Shown: positions 35,620 through 48,214 of the stretch, in pieces
Layout of the letters: each line of letters starts with the position of its first letter
Numbering within the stretch: the first letter of the stretch is position 1
NCBI GenBank assembly: GCA_038087875.1
Contig: CM075990.1
Location: 14,634,001-14,698,000 of the forward strand
Direction of reading: 5' to 3'
Length of the DNA stretch: 64,000 bases
DNA from: Malacoraja senta
Taxonomy: Eukaryota
Made by a program: the position numbers and the translations under genes
The notes under the pieces: model-generated
The model's input: only the letters and a program-made list of their open reading frames with translations
Database searches by the model: none
Told to the model about the DNA's origin: nothing

Positions 35620-35925
35620 ATCTACACACACTCATATAAATAAATCACAGCTACTGTACACTGAAGCAATAAACTCCTTCTATGAATTGGAGAGCTTTCT
35701 TTTCAGTGGCTTCCAAGAATGTAATTCAAAAAAATCAAATACCTTTTTAACACGACAATCTTTTGCCAAGAGATCACGGAAATTTATTTGAAATCTCTGT
35801 TTGATTGTAATTTATACAGACCTGTAAAAACATGGCAGCTGCTTTCTGCAGTACAAATGTCATCTTAATTTATCACAGTGATTTATTTCAAACTACAGTA
35901 CTGTAAACTTTATGACAAAAAAGAA
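35620..35925. promoter_or_regulatory. Candidate conserved non-coding element / enhancer
   Basis: Unique, TE-free, AT-rich sequence with Pbx-Hox TGATTTAT twice (35640 minus, 35879 plus) and posterior-Hox/Cdx TTTATGAC (35909). Conservation was not tested. Confidence 0.4.
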
Positions 35926-36849
35926 ACATATGTAGTTTTTAATCCCTTATGTGCAACACCCTGACTTTAGATATAATAAACAGAGAAACTAACCGAAATG
36001 GGGAATAAACAATCTCTTTAAGTCGTAATTTTTTCCAGGTTTCATAATTCCCTACTTGATGTCACATAATAGGGGAAAACGCCTAAAGTGCTGATGCTTG
36101 AATAAACTCGCATTGAATGTTAGATGATTCAAAACGTGATCATACATTTATAATGTTGTGCGAAAATTTATCCCGGTTTGGATTTTTCGAACTTTAATAC
36201 AATTTTTTCCAACTTGTGAAGATATTGCAAAACTTATTTTTCTGTGATAGCTCATGACTTTTTTTTTTCTTTGTGTATAGTTAATATACAAACCTTGATC
36301 ATTTTGTTTAAATTAGGTTGAAATCAAGAATAATGGGAAAGACAAATGTTTAAATCGGTCCAAACCCATTTTTTTAGTGGTGAAAGTCCTACTTGAAAGA
36401 TCAAGGGCACTCAATTCTCTGATACAAGCTTCTTTGCATATTTATTTCACACGATTATTTACAAATTCTGAATGGCATAAGGAGGAAAATATCATGTATC
36501 AAATGTGAGGAGGGGGTGGGGGTCAATTGATGGAGGTGTATTGGAACAATAGGGCAAACATTGCCTTTTAGGAGATTTGAAAGGCATGTGAAACCATGTG
36601 AAAGGCCTTTGCCAAACATGAAAGAACAGGAGATTAAGAAACAGCATACAAAACAAGTGAAAGGGAAGCTTAAGTGCAGACATGAGACTGAGGACAATTG
36701 TTGAAACAGCCAGCACTTAAAGTTGACATAGGGGCTAAATAATATAACTAGGTTAGTACGGAAAACGTTTGCACTCCAGAACGAGTTCCACATGCAACAA
36801 ACCTGTTTCAAAATTAATACAAAGCAGGCCATGAGAACAATTGTCCAGT

Positions 36850-37500
36850 TATGTCTGGTTCACAAGAAGCAGGACAAATTTAATCTGGCTAATGACCACC
36901 CAATCAATCCACTGTCAATTATCAGCAAAGTGATGGAAGATGTTGTCAACAATGTTATCAAGTGGCACTTACTCACCAATAACCTGATGACTGATGGCTA
37001 GTTTGTTCTTGCCATGACCACTCAATTCTGGACCTTATCACAGTCCCAGTCTGAAAGTGGATTTAAAGCTGCCAGAGGTGAGAAGGAAATAACTGCTCCT
37101 GACATCAAGGCACCACTTGACTAAATGCAGTATCAAGACACCCCTGGTGAAACTGAAATCAATGGGCATTAAAGGGAAAGCATTCCAATCCTAGCTTTCA
37201 TTCCTCACGTAAAGAGCCGTGGTTGAACGTTGATGAAGATCAATTGTCCTAATTCCAGGGTGTCATGGAAAGAGTTCCTGAGGCTCCAGACATCTTCAGC
37301 TGCTTCATCAATGACCTCCCTTCCATCTTGAGGCCAGAAACAGAGCCATTCACTGACTCTGCAATGTTCAATACTATTTGCAACTATTTAGCAAATGGAG
37401 CAATCAATACCTAAGTGCAGTGTGCTCTGGGTAACATTCAGTCACATTGCATTAACATTACCAATGTTCCACATCATACTCAGTTCCAACAAGGGAGAAT
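36850..37500 (+). mobile_element. Old CR1-group LINE RT fragment
   Basis: VHKKQDK.N.AN..PI..LSIISKVME.V.N..IK.HL..NNL.TD remnant. Confidence 0.7.
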
Positions 37501-39139
37501 CCGACCATCTACCGTTGACATTCAGTGATGTCAATTAAAACTCCTCACCATCATTTATTTATCTCTCTAAACATATATTTCCTCCACCATTCGTACACAG
37601 TGTTTGCAAGATGTACTAATACAACATTGAGTATAGGTGGTCACAGGTCTGAACTCCTCTGAGCGTGCCCATCAACACTTGACCTTTATCAGCAGTGAGA
37701 ATTGTTTAAAATACATGGGAACTCGAGCAGGTTATCCTCCAGACACTAAATGCTGGAGTAACTCAGCAGGACAGGCAGCATCTCTGGAGAGAAAGAATGG
37801 GTGACGTTTTGGGTCAAGACCCTTTTTCAAGTATAGTATGTCTTTGTTAGGAATAGATTGGTATAACCTATTAAAAATTGGTATAAATAATTAAGGCTTT
37901 TTAACCTGGCCATATTTGAGATTGTCAGTGTAATGTTGCTTTCGTTCAGACACACCATGGAAAAAGTATGCATTCCTCGGCCTTTTGAATAAGGGCAGCA
38001 CTGATAATGCGGTTATCTTAGATGTAGTTTCACCAATCATCTAGGAAATTAGCATGTAGAGAAAAGTCATAAAATTGCAGCATTACTGATATACAAACTT
38101 TCTCTGGAAAAGCTAGTGTAGTGTTCCTTTGTTGTATCAAATGTTATTAATGCACTTTGAACCTCAGACTGAATTTTAGAGAGTAATTCCTTGGGAAAGT
38201 TTACTGTATGAGCATTTGTATCATTGTAACTGTAATACAGGAAAATGATTAGGAGAAAAGGTTAGTGGAAACACTGTCCATATTTTATCATAAAATGAGA
38301 TGGATGACAACAGAAACAAGACAACAAGTTGCAATCACATCTGAAATACAGTGGGTTAGATTCTAACAATGTAGCATTGTTGTTTAATGGAAAGAAAAGC
38401 AAATGTATGCAAATATGAGATATGAGAAATACATTACTGCAAATGCAAAAAATGTACCTGGAGAATATTCATCAACTTTTAGTTGAGAGAGTCTTGAAAC
38501 CACTTGCATAATCGTCATAGACACAAAGCCAGGTACAAGCTCAGAACCTCTGACTTAAGGATATAATACGTCTGACAAAGCAGATAGGGTGACATCCACT
38601 CTGCCCTGAATAATGTGTGCAGATCTTAGCAGCACATTGCAAGGAGACATCATGACCCCAAGGAAGTATAACGTAGACCAACTAAGTAAATAAGATATGA
38701 CACCTAGGCTGCTAAATAAGATTGAGAATACAATACATATTTATGGTATGGAAAAAATCTTGCGAAAATACTTTTTTGAGATGGTTAAAATATAAGATTC
38801 GAGAATCAGCAAGTTATAGGATACAGGGACCTAGAACATAGCAGAATGTGTTGACTGTACCATTAAATTATATATTTTTCACCTAGATGGAGATCAACAG
38901 GTTGGATAGCATACCCAAGACAGCAATGATCTTGATTAGAAATGTCGTGGAGTACGAGGGATACATTTTAGTTATTTGTACATTGTCCCTGACTGGGTTT
39001 TAATGATTAATTGATTTTATTATTGATCATTGTTGGCTTTGTTAGCATAGTCCCACATCCCAAAGATGTGCTGGTCTGTCGACTTGCTTTTGGAAATTAC
39101 TTCCTCATCTGGATAAATGGCAAAAAATCTAAGAAGAGT

Positions 39140-39402
39140 TTGGACTTACAGCGTGGAAACAAGTCCTCACCAACCAGTGATGACTCCATACACGAGCACT
39201 ACCCTACACACTAGGGACGATTTACAATTTGTTTAATACAAACCTATACGTCTTTGGAGTGTGGGAGGAAACAGAAGCACCCGGAGAAAACCGATGGGGT
39301 CACAGGGAGAAAGTACAAACTCCATACGGACAGCATCCGCAGTCAGGATCGAACCCGGGCCTCTGGTGCTGTAAGGCAGCAACTCTTCCGCTGCACCACT
39401 GT
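39140..39402 (-). mobile_element. V-SINE copy
   Basis: Reverse complement of the SINE head and V-domain. Confidence 0.75.
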
Positions 39403-39639
39403 GAGAGTTAATAGACATTTAAGAGAGAAAGAGAATAAAATCGAAGGCTGGAGGGGAAAGGAGATTGGGATTGCTGAGATTTCTCTGCTGGGAGCTGGCA
39501 GATATTAGGTGCCAATAATTTATTACCACGTTAATGAGGCTGAATACACAAACTGTGTGAATTACCACTTATCATGTGATTTAAAAAAAAATTCAACAAC
39601 TATTTCCTTAAATGAAACAATGCAACCATATGGCAGAGT

Positions 39640-39950
39640 AGTGGAGTCGTAGAGCTGTACAGCAAGGAAACAAGCCCTTCGGCCCACCTTGTCCAGACAG
39701 ACTGGACTCATTCCACTTGCCTCCATATGTCCCATGGTCCTCTAAATCCTCCCTATTCATATATCTGTCCAAATGTCTTTTAAAAGTCGTAACTGTATCC
39801 GCTTCTACAGCTTCCTCTGGCAGCTCTTTCCAGATACAAACTACCATCGGTGTGAAAAAGTTGCCTCTGGGGTCCCTCTTAAATCTTTCCCCTCCTCTCC
39901 TTAAGCCTCTGCCCGAGTCTTCGAATGCACTACCATGGGAAAAAGACTGT
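39640..39950 (-). mobile_element. CR1 3' fragment
   Basis: RGGERFKRDPRGNFFT..IWKELPEEAVEA..FKRHLDRYM. Confidence 0.8.
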
Positions 39951-40564
39951 GAGCATACAGATGAAGTGGAGCCATCTCTCACTTGCTGTCGATAGTGAAC
40001 ACAAGGCAGGCAACACAAATTAATAACCACTAGTAACAGGGTCCTAAAAGAAAAGGTGGCATTGCATACTAATAACCACCTTGTGTCATTTATCATCTGA
40101 GGCCGGCATCACATGCTATTAAACATCCGCCTGTATCGTTTGCAAACTGAAGCCTGCACCCTGTGCTAATAACTGCCAGTCACTGGCTGTTAACACCTGA
40201 AGCCAATACTGTGACTAATAACTATCAGTCATGTGTTGTTTATAACCAGTGCCTGCACCATGAGCTCGTAAATGCCTGTCATATGTCGTTTACCACCTGA
40301 ATCCAGAACCAGGAGCTAATAACTACTGGTCACATGCTGCTTACTAGCTGGTGCCGACACTGTGAACTCATAACTGCTAATCCCTTGATGTTTATCACGT
40401 TAAACCAGCTCCATTAGTTGTCAATTACCCATCGTGTGCAGTTTACCACTTGGAGCCAGGCAGAATAAATGGGATGTCGTCAGTGTCCTCGCCCTGCCCA
40501 ATATCCTCAGTTTTGCTTCTATGAGCAGACTGCATCATTTACATGTCCAAGATGTGTAAATGCA

Positions 40565-40978
40565 GGCAGCACCGTGGTAGAGCCGCTGCCTCCCAGCGCC
40601 AGAGACCTGGGTTCGATTCTGACCTCAGCTGCTGTCTGTGTAGAGTTTGTACATTCTCCCTGTGGGGTGGAAGATTGCAACCTTCACGTGGTCCGCCCTG
40701 TTTCAACTAATGCAATCAACTCAACGTGCACAAACGGAAGATCAAATAGAACAAGTTGTCCTACAACTTTAGGCTGTGCACGCCACACGCAAGAAGAAGA
40801 GATTCTCCCTTGAGTTTTCTACGGGTGCTCTGTGTTCCTCCCACATTTCAAAGGTTAATTGGTTTATAGGTTAATTGGCTTCTGTAAATTGTCCCTCGTG
40901 TGTAGGATGCGGGCGATTGATGGTCAGCGTGGACTTGATGGGCCAAAGGGCCTGTTTCCAGGCTGCATCTCTAAACCA
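40565..40978 (+). mobile_element. V-SINE interrupted by a 140-bp (AAG)n-tailed retroposon (40662-40801)
   Basis: SINE halves lie either side of the insert, which is flanked by a 9-bp TSD ATTCTCCCT (40653-40661 and 40802-40810). Confidence 0.8.
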
Positions 40979-41719
40979 GACTCCAAAAACTTAAACACTA
41001 CTGAATGCAGTCACATGGAAAAGTTACCAGGCTGAAGTGGGAAAGATACCTTGATGTTCTCAAAGTCTCCTTGAAAGAGCAGAATATCTCCATCAGCCCT
41101 TGAGAATTCCTGATGTCTTTTGGCTGCTCAAAATGGACAAAGAGCATTTAGGGCAACTCTGAGAATCTTGAGACCAAAGAAGTTTATGAGCACAAAGAAG
41201 CTCAATGTAAAAGGAAGATAGACACAAAATGCTGGAGTAACTCAGCGGGATAGGCAGCATCTCTGGAGAGAAGGAATGGGTGACATCTTGGGTCGAGACC
41301 TTTCTTCAGACTAAGGAGTTTGACACTTTACATAGTAAACACCTACCCATCTAACACTGCCTGTCTCACACATGCAGAGCCTCTGGTCCTACACTGACTG
41401 ACAGGTCACCTTGAAACCCATGGAATTAGAATGGAAGAGAGTCATTCTAAATCCTGAGGGACTGCTGAAGAAGCAGGCCAGTACTGTGAATAATAACCTC
41501 CAGATATTTTCTGTTTACTCAGTCATAGAACAAAGCAGCACAGAAGTAATATACTGGTAAAGGAAGCAAATGGTATGTATGCTTGCCTTCATTGGTGAAG
41601 GGATATGAATCAAGAAGTCATGATGCAGCTTTATACGACTTTGGTTAGGCCACATTTGGAGTATTGAGTATAGTTCTGCTTGTCCATTACACACTGTTGC
41701 TGTGCTCTACTGTTTTGTG

Positions 41720-42525
41720 GAACATAGAATAGTAGAACACAAGAACAGGCCCTTCGGCCCACAATGTCTGTGCCGAACATTATGTCGAGACCATCTCTTG
41801 TCTATCAACACATAATCAATTTCCCTCTATTTCCCACATATCCATATGCCTGTCCAAAAGTCTCTTAAATGCCACTGTCAGATCAACCTCAACCACCTGG
41901 CACTCATCACCCTCAATGTTAAAAAAAAAAATGTGCCCTGCCCATCTCCTTTACAATGTGCCCCTCTCATCGTAAATCTATGTTTTCTAGTATTTGATTT
42001 TCCATCCTCGGAAAAAGGTTCTGACTGTCCACCCTATCTATGCCTCGCATCATTTTAGGTACTTTTCTATCAGGTCTCTCTGTAACCAACGGCATTTTAG
42101 GAGAAAACAATCCTAGTCTGTCCAACCTCTCCCTGTAGCTAATACCTTCTAATCCAGTCTTCATTCTGGTAAACTTCCTCTGCTCCCTTTCCAAAGGCTT
42201 CATAATGGGGCGACGAGAACTGTAATGAGATGACAAGAACTGGACGCAATACTCCAAATGCGCTTATACTCAATGCCCCAACGTTTGAAAGCAAGCATAC
42301 CATATGCCTTCTTTACCACCACTGAGTTGCCACTTTCAGGTAGTTATGGACTCGGACCCCAAAATCCCTTGGTGCATCAAAGCTGTTAAGAGTCATGACC
42401 ATAATTGTATAGTTTTCCCCTTATATTTGACCACCCAGACTGTAACACTTCACACTTGCTCAGATTAATCTCCATTTGGCATCCCCCCCCCCCCCCCTCA
42501 TTTCTGTAGCTTATCTATATCCTGC
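41720..42525 (-). mobile_element. CR1 fragment(s)
   Basis: LEYCVQF..LERE.RKFTRM..SYRERLDRLGLFS..MRGIDRVD. Confidence 0.78.
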
Positions 42526-43979
42526 TTTAGGTAACTCAGTGGGTGAGGCAGCATCTATGGAGAGAAGGAATGGGCGACCTTTCGGGTTGAGACCCTTCTT
42601 CAGACTCTTGTAAAATCAAAGGTAGACACAAAATGCTGGAGTTACTCAGCGGGTGAGGCAGCATCTATGGAGAGAAGGAATGGGCGACGTTTCGGGTCAA
42701 GACCATACTTTTTTCCAGCATCTGCAGTTCTTTCCTACACACTATATCCTACTTTCCTCACAGACTTCCTCACAGTCCGTGACCCCAGAAATCTTCTTGT
42801 CATCTGCAATCATATGTTCAATGTAAATGATTCCATATGTTCTATGTATATGTAATTATAAGTTCTATGTAACTGGAAAAAGAGTGAGAGAAAGAAAGTT
42901 GGTATCAAGCTAAGAGGATGAGGAGGGATTGATATGACAAGGGGGATGTTCCTCACAGGGTGAGACTAGGGTTGCTCTGCGGATAAGCTGTAACCTGTGC
43001 CAATAGTCCTATCATAGGCATTTACTGCCTTAAATCATGCTGCCAGCTCATGACTACAAACACTAGTCATGTGCCAAAGAAAATCTCAAGATGAAGTTAC
43101 AAGCTAATAACTGCCAACACTATACCTAATAACCCTCAGCTGTTCACCACATGAAACAGTGACATGAACTAATGACTGTCAGTCGCTCACTGTTACCTCC
43201 GAAAGATGAAGTGCAAGCGGATACTAGTCACATGCTATTTACCATCCAAATCTAGCATCAATACCATTAGTTATTGGCCATTAGAAATGCTCCTTTACCA
43301 GCTCAAGATGGATGGCACAACTTAACAACTACCAATTACGCCCTGCTTACCACTTTAAATCGATGATGTTAGCCAATACCCATCAGCTGATTGTTGCTTG
43401 AAGTTTGCACAAATAATTGGGTTCCGGTTACCAATCAAAGCCCAATTGAAGCTGATAACCACCAGTCTAAACTATGTGCCACCTGAAGGTGGCATGGTGA
43501 GCTAAAATGTTGGTTGCCACCCTCTGTGGACGCCACAGGGTGTGGTTTGCTGGTCACAGCTCAGTTACCAATTCAGACCAGCCACGTGAGCTAATAACTA
43601 CCAGTGGGAGATCTTTACCAACTGAGGCCGTGCTGCAAACTAGTAGCTGCCAGTCGCACACCTCCTGAAGCCCACACTGTGTGCAAATGAACACTGATGA
43701 TGTGCTGTTTACTAGCTGGCGTTTGACTATGAATCAATAGGCTTTGACCATGTGCTGCCTTGTCACTTGAAATTGATGATGTTCCCTGATAGCAACCAGT
43801 TATCTGTTGTTTCCCACCTGAAGTTGGTACTGCATGCTAATTAACACCAGTTACGTGGTGCTTACCAGCTTATTCACCGCTGCAAATGAACAAACGCGGG
43901 TTCTGAGCTGTTTATCAAGAGCTAATAATCACCAGTCACATGCTGTTTGCCAATGGAGGCTCACACCGAGAGCTAATAT

Positions 43980-45058
43980 TGTATTCTATTGTTTATTATT
44001 GTCACGTGTACTGAGATACAGTGAAGAGCTTTGTTTGCTTGCTATCCAGTCAAATCATACAGTACATGAGGATAATCAAGCTATACACAACACAAAAGAT
44101 ATTGCAAAGTGAGAGATATTGGAGTGCAGAATATCATGTTGCAGCATTATAGTTAGCAGTCACAGAGAAAGTGCAGATTTTAAAAAGTGTAAGGTCCACA
44201 ATTAAGTAGGTTGGAAGATCGAGACTAATGTATGGGAGGACTGTAGCAGTCTGCTATCAGTGGGGAAGAAGCTGTTTCTGAATCAATGGGGCCTGCTTTC
44301 AAGCTCTCAAGAGGGGATAAAAGGGGATGAGCAGGTTCCAAGTGGTCCTTGATTATGTTGGCTGCTTTCCCTGGGCAGCCTGAAGGTCATGGTTGGTCAA
44401 GGACAAATATTTCATGATATTTACACCAAGGGACCTGAACATCTCCACTTAGGCAATATTGATTGTGACAGGGGCCTGTACACCACCTCGCTTCATGAAG
44501 TTAATGCCTGGCTCCTTCATCTTGTGGACACCGAGGGAGAGGTTGTTATCTTGACACCATGTAACTGAGCTCTCTATCTCCTCCCTGTACTTCGTCTTGT
44601 TGTTATTCGAGATCCGGCCCGCGATGGTGGTGTCATCTGCAATTTTCCCCACGCAGTCGTGAGTGCACAGGGAGTATAGTGAGGGGTTGAAAACGCCTCC
44701 TTGTGGAGAATTATCAGGATGTTTTGTCGCCTATCCTTATTGATTGTGGTCTGTGGTTCAGGAAGTCAAGGATCAAGTTGCAGAGCGGGATGTTTACTCC
44801 TAGGCCCAGATGTTTGGAGATGAGTTTGTTGGGACAAAAGTGTTGAAGACAGAGCAATAGTCAAAAAATATGCATCTGACGTAGGTGCCCCTGTTAGCTA
44901 GGTATTCTTGCAATGTGTAGGGCCGGAGAGATGGTGTCTGGTGTGGAGCTCTTGCACGATAGGAGAACTGCAATGGATCAAGGCTGCCTGGGAGACTGGA
45001 GATGAGGTGTGCCATGACCAGCCTCTTGATGCACCTCATAATGTTAGATGTCAGAGCC
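43980..45058 (-). mobile_element. Old Rex1/Babar fragment inserted in the 51-bp minisatellite
   Basis: LDPLQFSYR, FFDYCSVFNT, K.ADDTT..G.I..N....YREEI..LV.WC.DNNLSL, and a Rex-type 3' UTR. Confidence 0.8.
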
Positions 45059-45784
45059 GTTGGATTGCAAAAGCAGTGTCACATTCAATTTGCCAATCGA
45101 AGACACAAAGTGAGCTGCCAACCAAAATTCACATGTTGTTTGCCATTTTAAAATGGCATCGCAAGCTGAGAACTACCAATTACATGCTGTTTACTATCAG
45201 AACCCAGCACTGCCAGTGGTGTGCTGATAACATCAGACGCTGAAGCCATTATCTAATAATCCCCTTCTAATAAGCACCAATTGCATAGTGTTAGCCAGGT
45301 GAAGTCTACACTGCAAGGAAATCGCCACCGTTTGCTGTTAAGCTTCTGAATCCAGACCAAGATCAAATGAATATCAGTCGTGCTGTTTCTACCTCAGGCT
45401 GTGCTGTGTGCCAATACTCATCTGTCATGTACTGTTTGCAACCTGAAGCCATGCTTGGGGCTAATATCAGCTTGTCATGTGCCGCTAACCACCTGAGCTC
45501 ATGTTGCAAGCTAAAATCAACCAGGCACATTCGGTTTACCAGCTGCAGATGGTACTTGGAATCAATAACCATGGAGTGATAACTACCAGTGACATGCTGT
45601 TTATTACCTGGAGGTGGTGCCATGAGCTAATAACCAAGAGTAACTTGCTGTTTACCAACTGAAGCCCTTGTACTATTTACGATCCAAAACTATCGTAGTG
45701 AGTTAATGGCCAAAAACAAACTGCTGGAGGAACTCAGTGGGCTCGGCAGCATCTGTGGACGGAAATGGAGAAATTGATTGAAAG

Positions 45785-46085
45785 ATGCAGCGTAGAAACT
45801 GAGCCTTTGGCCCACTGAGTCCAGGCCAACCATCGATCACCCGTTCACACTAGTTCTACGCTATCCCACTTTCACATCAACTCCTTACACACTCAGGGTA
45901 ATTTACAGAGGGCCAATTAACCTACAAACCTGCACGTGTTTGGGATGTGGGTGGAAACTGGAGCACGGGGAGGAAACCCGAGCCTTCACGGGGAGAACAT
46001 TGAAACTCCACACAGAGGGCACCTGAGATCGTGATCCAGCCCAGGTCTCTGGTGCTGTGATGCAGTAGCTTTGCTGCTGTGGCCC
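45785..46085 (-). mobile_element. V-SINE copy
   Basis: Reverse complement of the same SINE family. Confidence 0.75.
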
Positions 46086-46324
46086 AAATGATGTATCAGG
46101 TTGGAACCCTTTGTGAGTTTATGACTTCCTGCTATGTGCTGTTTAGCACCTGAGACGGGCGGATGCCATTGCCAGTCACACGCTGTTTACCAACTGAAAC
46201 CCACACTATGCGCTGGTAATCAACAAGTACATGGTATTTAGCACTCAATGATAGTGCCACCAACCAATAACCATTCATCACATAGTGGGACCACCTGCAG
46301 TGGAACTACAAATTAATAATCTGC

Positions 46325-47130
46325 CACTCTATTTCATGCAAAATCATCCAAATTCACTGGAAGGATCAGCAAACCTGTCCTCTCTCAAGCCAAGACCTCA
46401 GCGCTGAGACCCTAATTCCACTCAGTCTGTGGCTTGTGTCTGGCTACATTGTTTGCATGCCTGACACCAGACTCCTGGAACATGTTGTTTTCTGATCTTT
46501 GTCATAGGATGTAATGACCAATCAGACAACTGTCTTCTTGTACATCTTCCAAACCAAATAAAATAATTTTTCCCATGAAATATAATCTACTCTTGAAAGG
46601 ACATTGGCTGCATATTGTGTCCTTTTTTTGTATGACTCATTGAGTTACTCCAGCATTTTGTGTGGGGTTTTGTAAATCAGAGATGCTGCCAGACCCACTG
46701 AATTATGCCAGCACTTGGTGTCTTTTTTTGTAAACCAGCATCTGTAGTTACTTGTGTCTGCCCTTACAGATCTCAAACTCCTCATTTGTGTTCAAGATCT
46801 GGTATTTAGATTGATGTGCTCAAAGCCACTTACTATATAGTAAGCTGAAAGGGTGCGTTTTGAAACCTCCTTACATAAAAGGTAAATTTCCATTGGCAAA
46901 GATTCCCAACCTCATGACTGCCCAAAATGAAGAAGAGTATTGAGGACTTTGAACCCCTGCATAAGGAGTACATGGATGGCCTACATCACTAGTGGAAGAT
47001 GCACCACGACCCATAACTGCCCACAAGCCCGCCCCATCTACGGAAGAGTTCACTCCCCACTTTGGCCTCATCAGTACCTCGGAAGCCCATGGACTGCAAT
47101 GGACGCAAGACATCCTGGATCTTATGCCAA
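46325..47130 (+). mobile_element. Degraded RTE-clade LINE 3' fragment (interrupted)
   Basis: KIIQIHWKD..GYIVCMPDTRL remnants and a C-terminal zinc-finger-like P.YGR....GLIS.L..H. A related fragment lies at ~41000-41475. Confidence 0.6.
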
Positions 47131-48214
47131 GGAATCAGAACCACCCAGTGTTTATCAGCTGAGGATTGAGCACAGAACCCTTGCCTACCATCTGGTCCCG
47201 GGCCAGGAAACCGCGCTTTCTGCTCTGCTCTGGCGGGGACTGGGTTACCGTTCCAGGAACCAAGTGCGTTTCATTTGCCATCCGTCCACAGAGTGTGACC
47301 TCGGCATTAAATCTTGACGGATTTGATAATTTCCAGACAAGGCAAAGATAAAATCTGTTATGTGCTAATGCCCAGGCAACATTGATAGCCCCAACATAGC
47401 TTGCAATGGGTAAAATAGTTACGATCCTAAAATTGAATCAATGGCTGCGGCATTGAAATGCATGGACTTATTGTTGGGAATGTGGCAAATTGCAGACCGT
47501 CTTTGAATGTTGAGTCAAATTTCTGTTGCCGCAGACTCAGCGACGACATCTATAGAGGTGTCTTGCGATTGCCAAGGTGGTAAGGCAGTGGAAGGCAGGT
47601 CCAAAGTCTTGCTGTGGTTAAAACATCCCACTAGATACAAATGCTGGAGTAACTCAAGGAACAGGCAGCATCTCTGGATAGAAGGAATGGGTGAGATTTT
47701 GGGTCGAGACCCTTCTTTTCGAAGAACCACTACTGTCGATGTTCGCCAGTGAAAACACATGGGGAGGAATGGGCTTTCTGGATTTAAATCGATAAGCAGA
47801 TATTTCATGTCAATATTTCGTTGGGTTGATTCATTGAAGCCTGCTAGTTAGTGGTGCCAGAGAAAGGAATAGCCGCATGGAAATGTTGCTTTGTGTAATT
47901 AATGGTTCAGGTTTAGGTCTCTGTTCATCTCGCTGCTCTTCCAGCAGAGCCACCCTGTCAAAGACTCGAGTAAAACCTTAATGCGCCAGCAGTGTGTGGG
48001 TTGGTGGAAGATAAATTGTTGCCTTCTTGTATATCTTCCAAACCAAACAAAAGAAATCATCCAGAGAAATATAATCTACCCTTGACAATCCATCGCTGTG
48101 TATGCATTTACAGAACTCAACCTCCTCATTTCAGTTCAGGATCTGCCATTTACATTGATGTTCTGTTCAAAGCCACTTGTTATATATTAAGCAGGAAGGG
48201 CCTGTCTTATACAT

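Larger units (their letters stand above)
40020..46320. repeat. Degenerate ~51-bp minisatellite field split by TE insertions
   Basis: Consensus approximately GAGCTAATAACTACCAGTCACATGCTGTTTACCACCTGAAGCCNNNNCTGT. Blocks at ~40020-40460, 43000-43980, 45080-45705 and 46115-46320. Spacing examples: 40265/40316/40367 and 43921/43972. Confidence 0.8.

Noticed and set aside
40020..46320. CRISPR-like array or repeat-protein exon
   Set aside because: The context is eukaryotic, the units are diverged along their whole length with no constant repeat and unique spacer, and stops occur in the frames examined.
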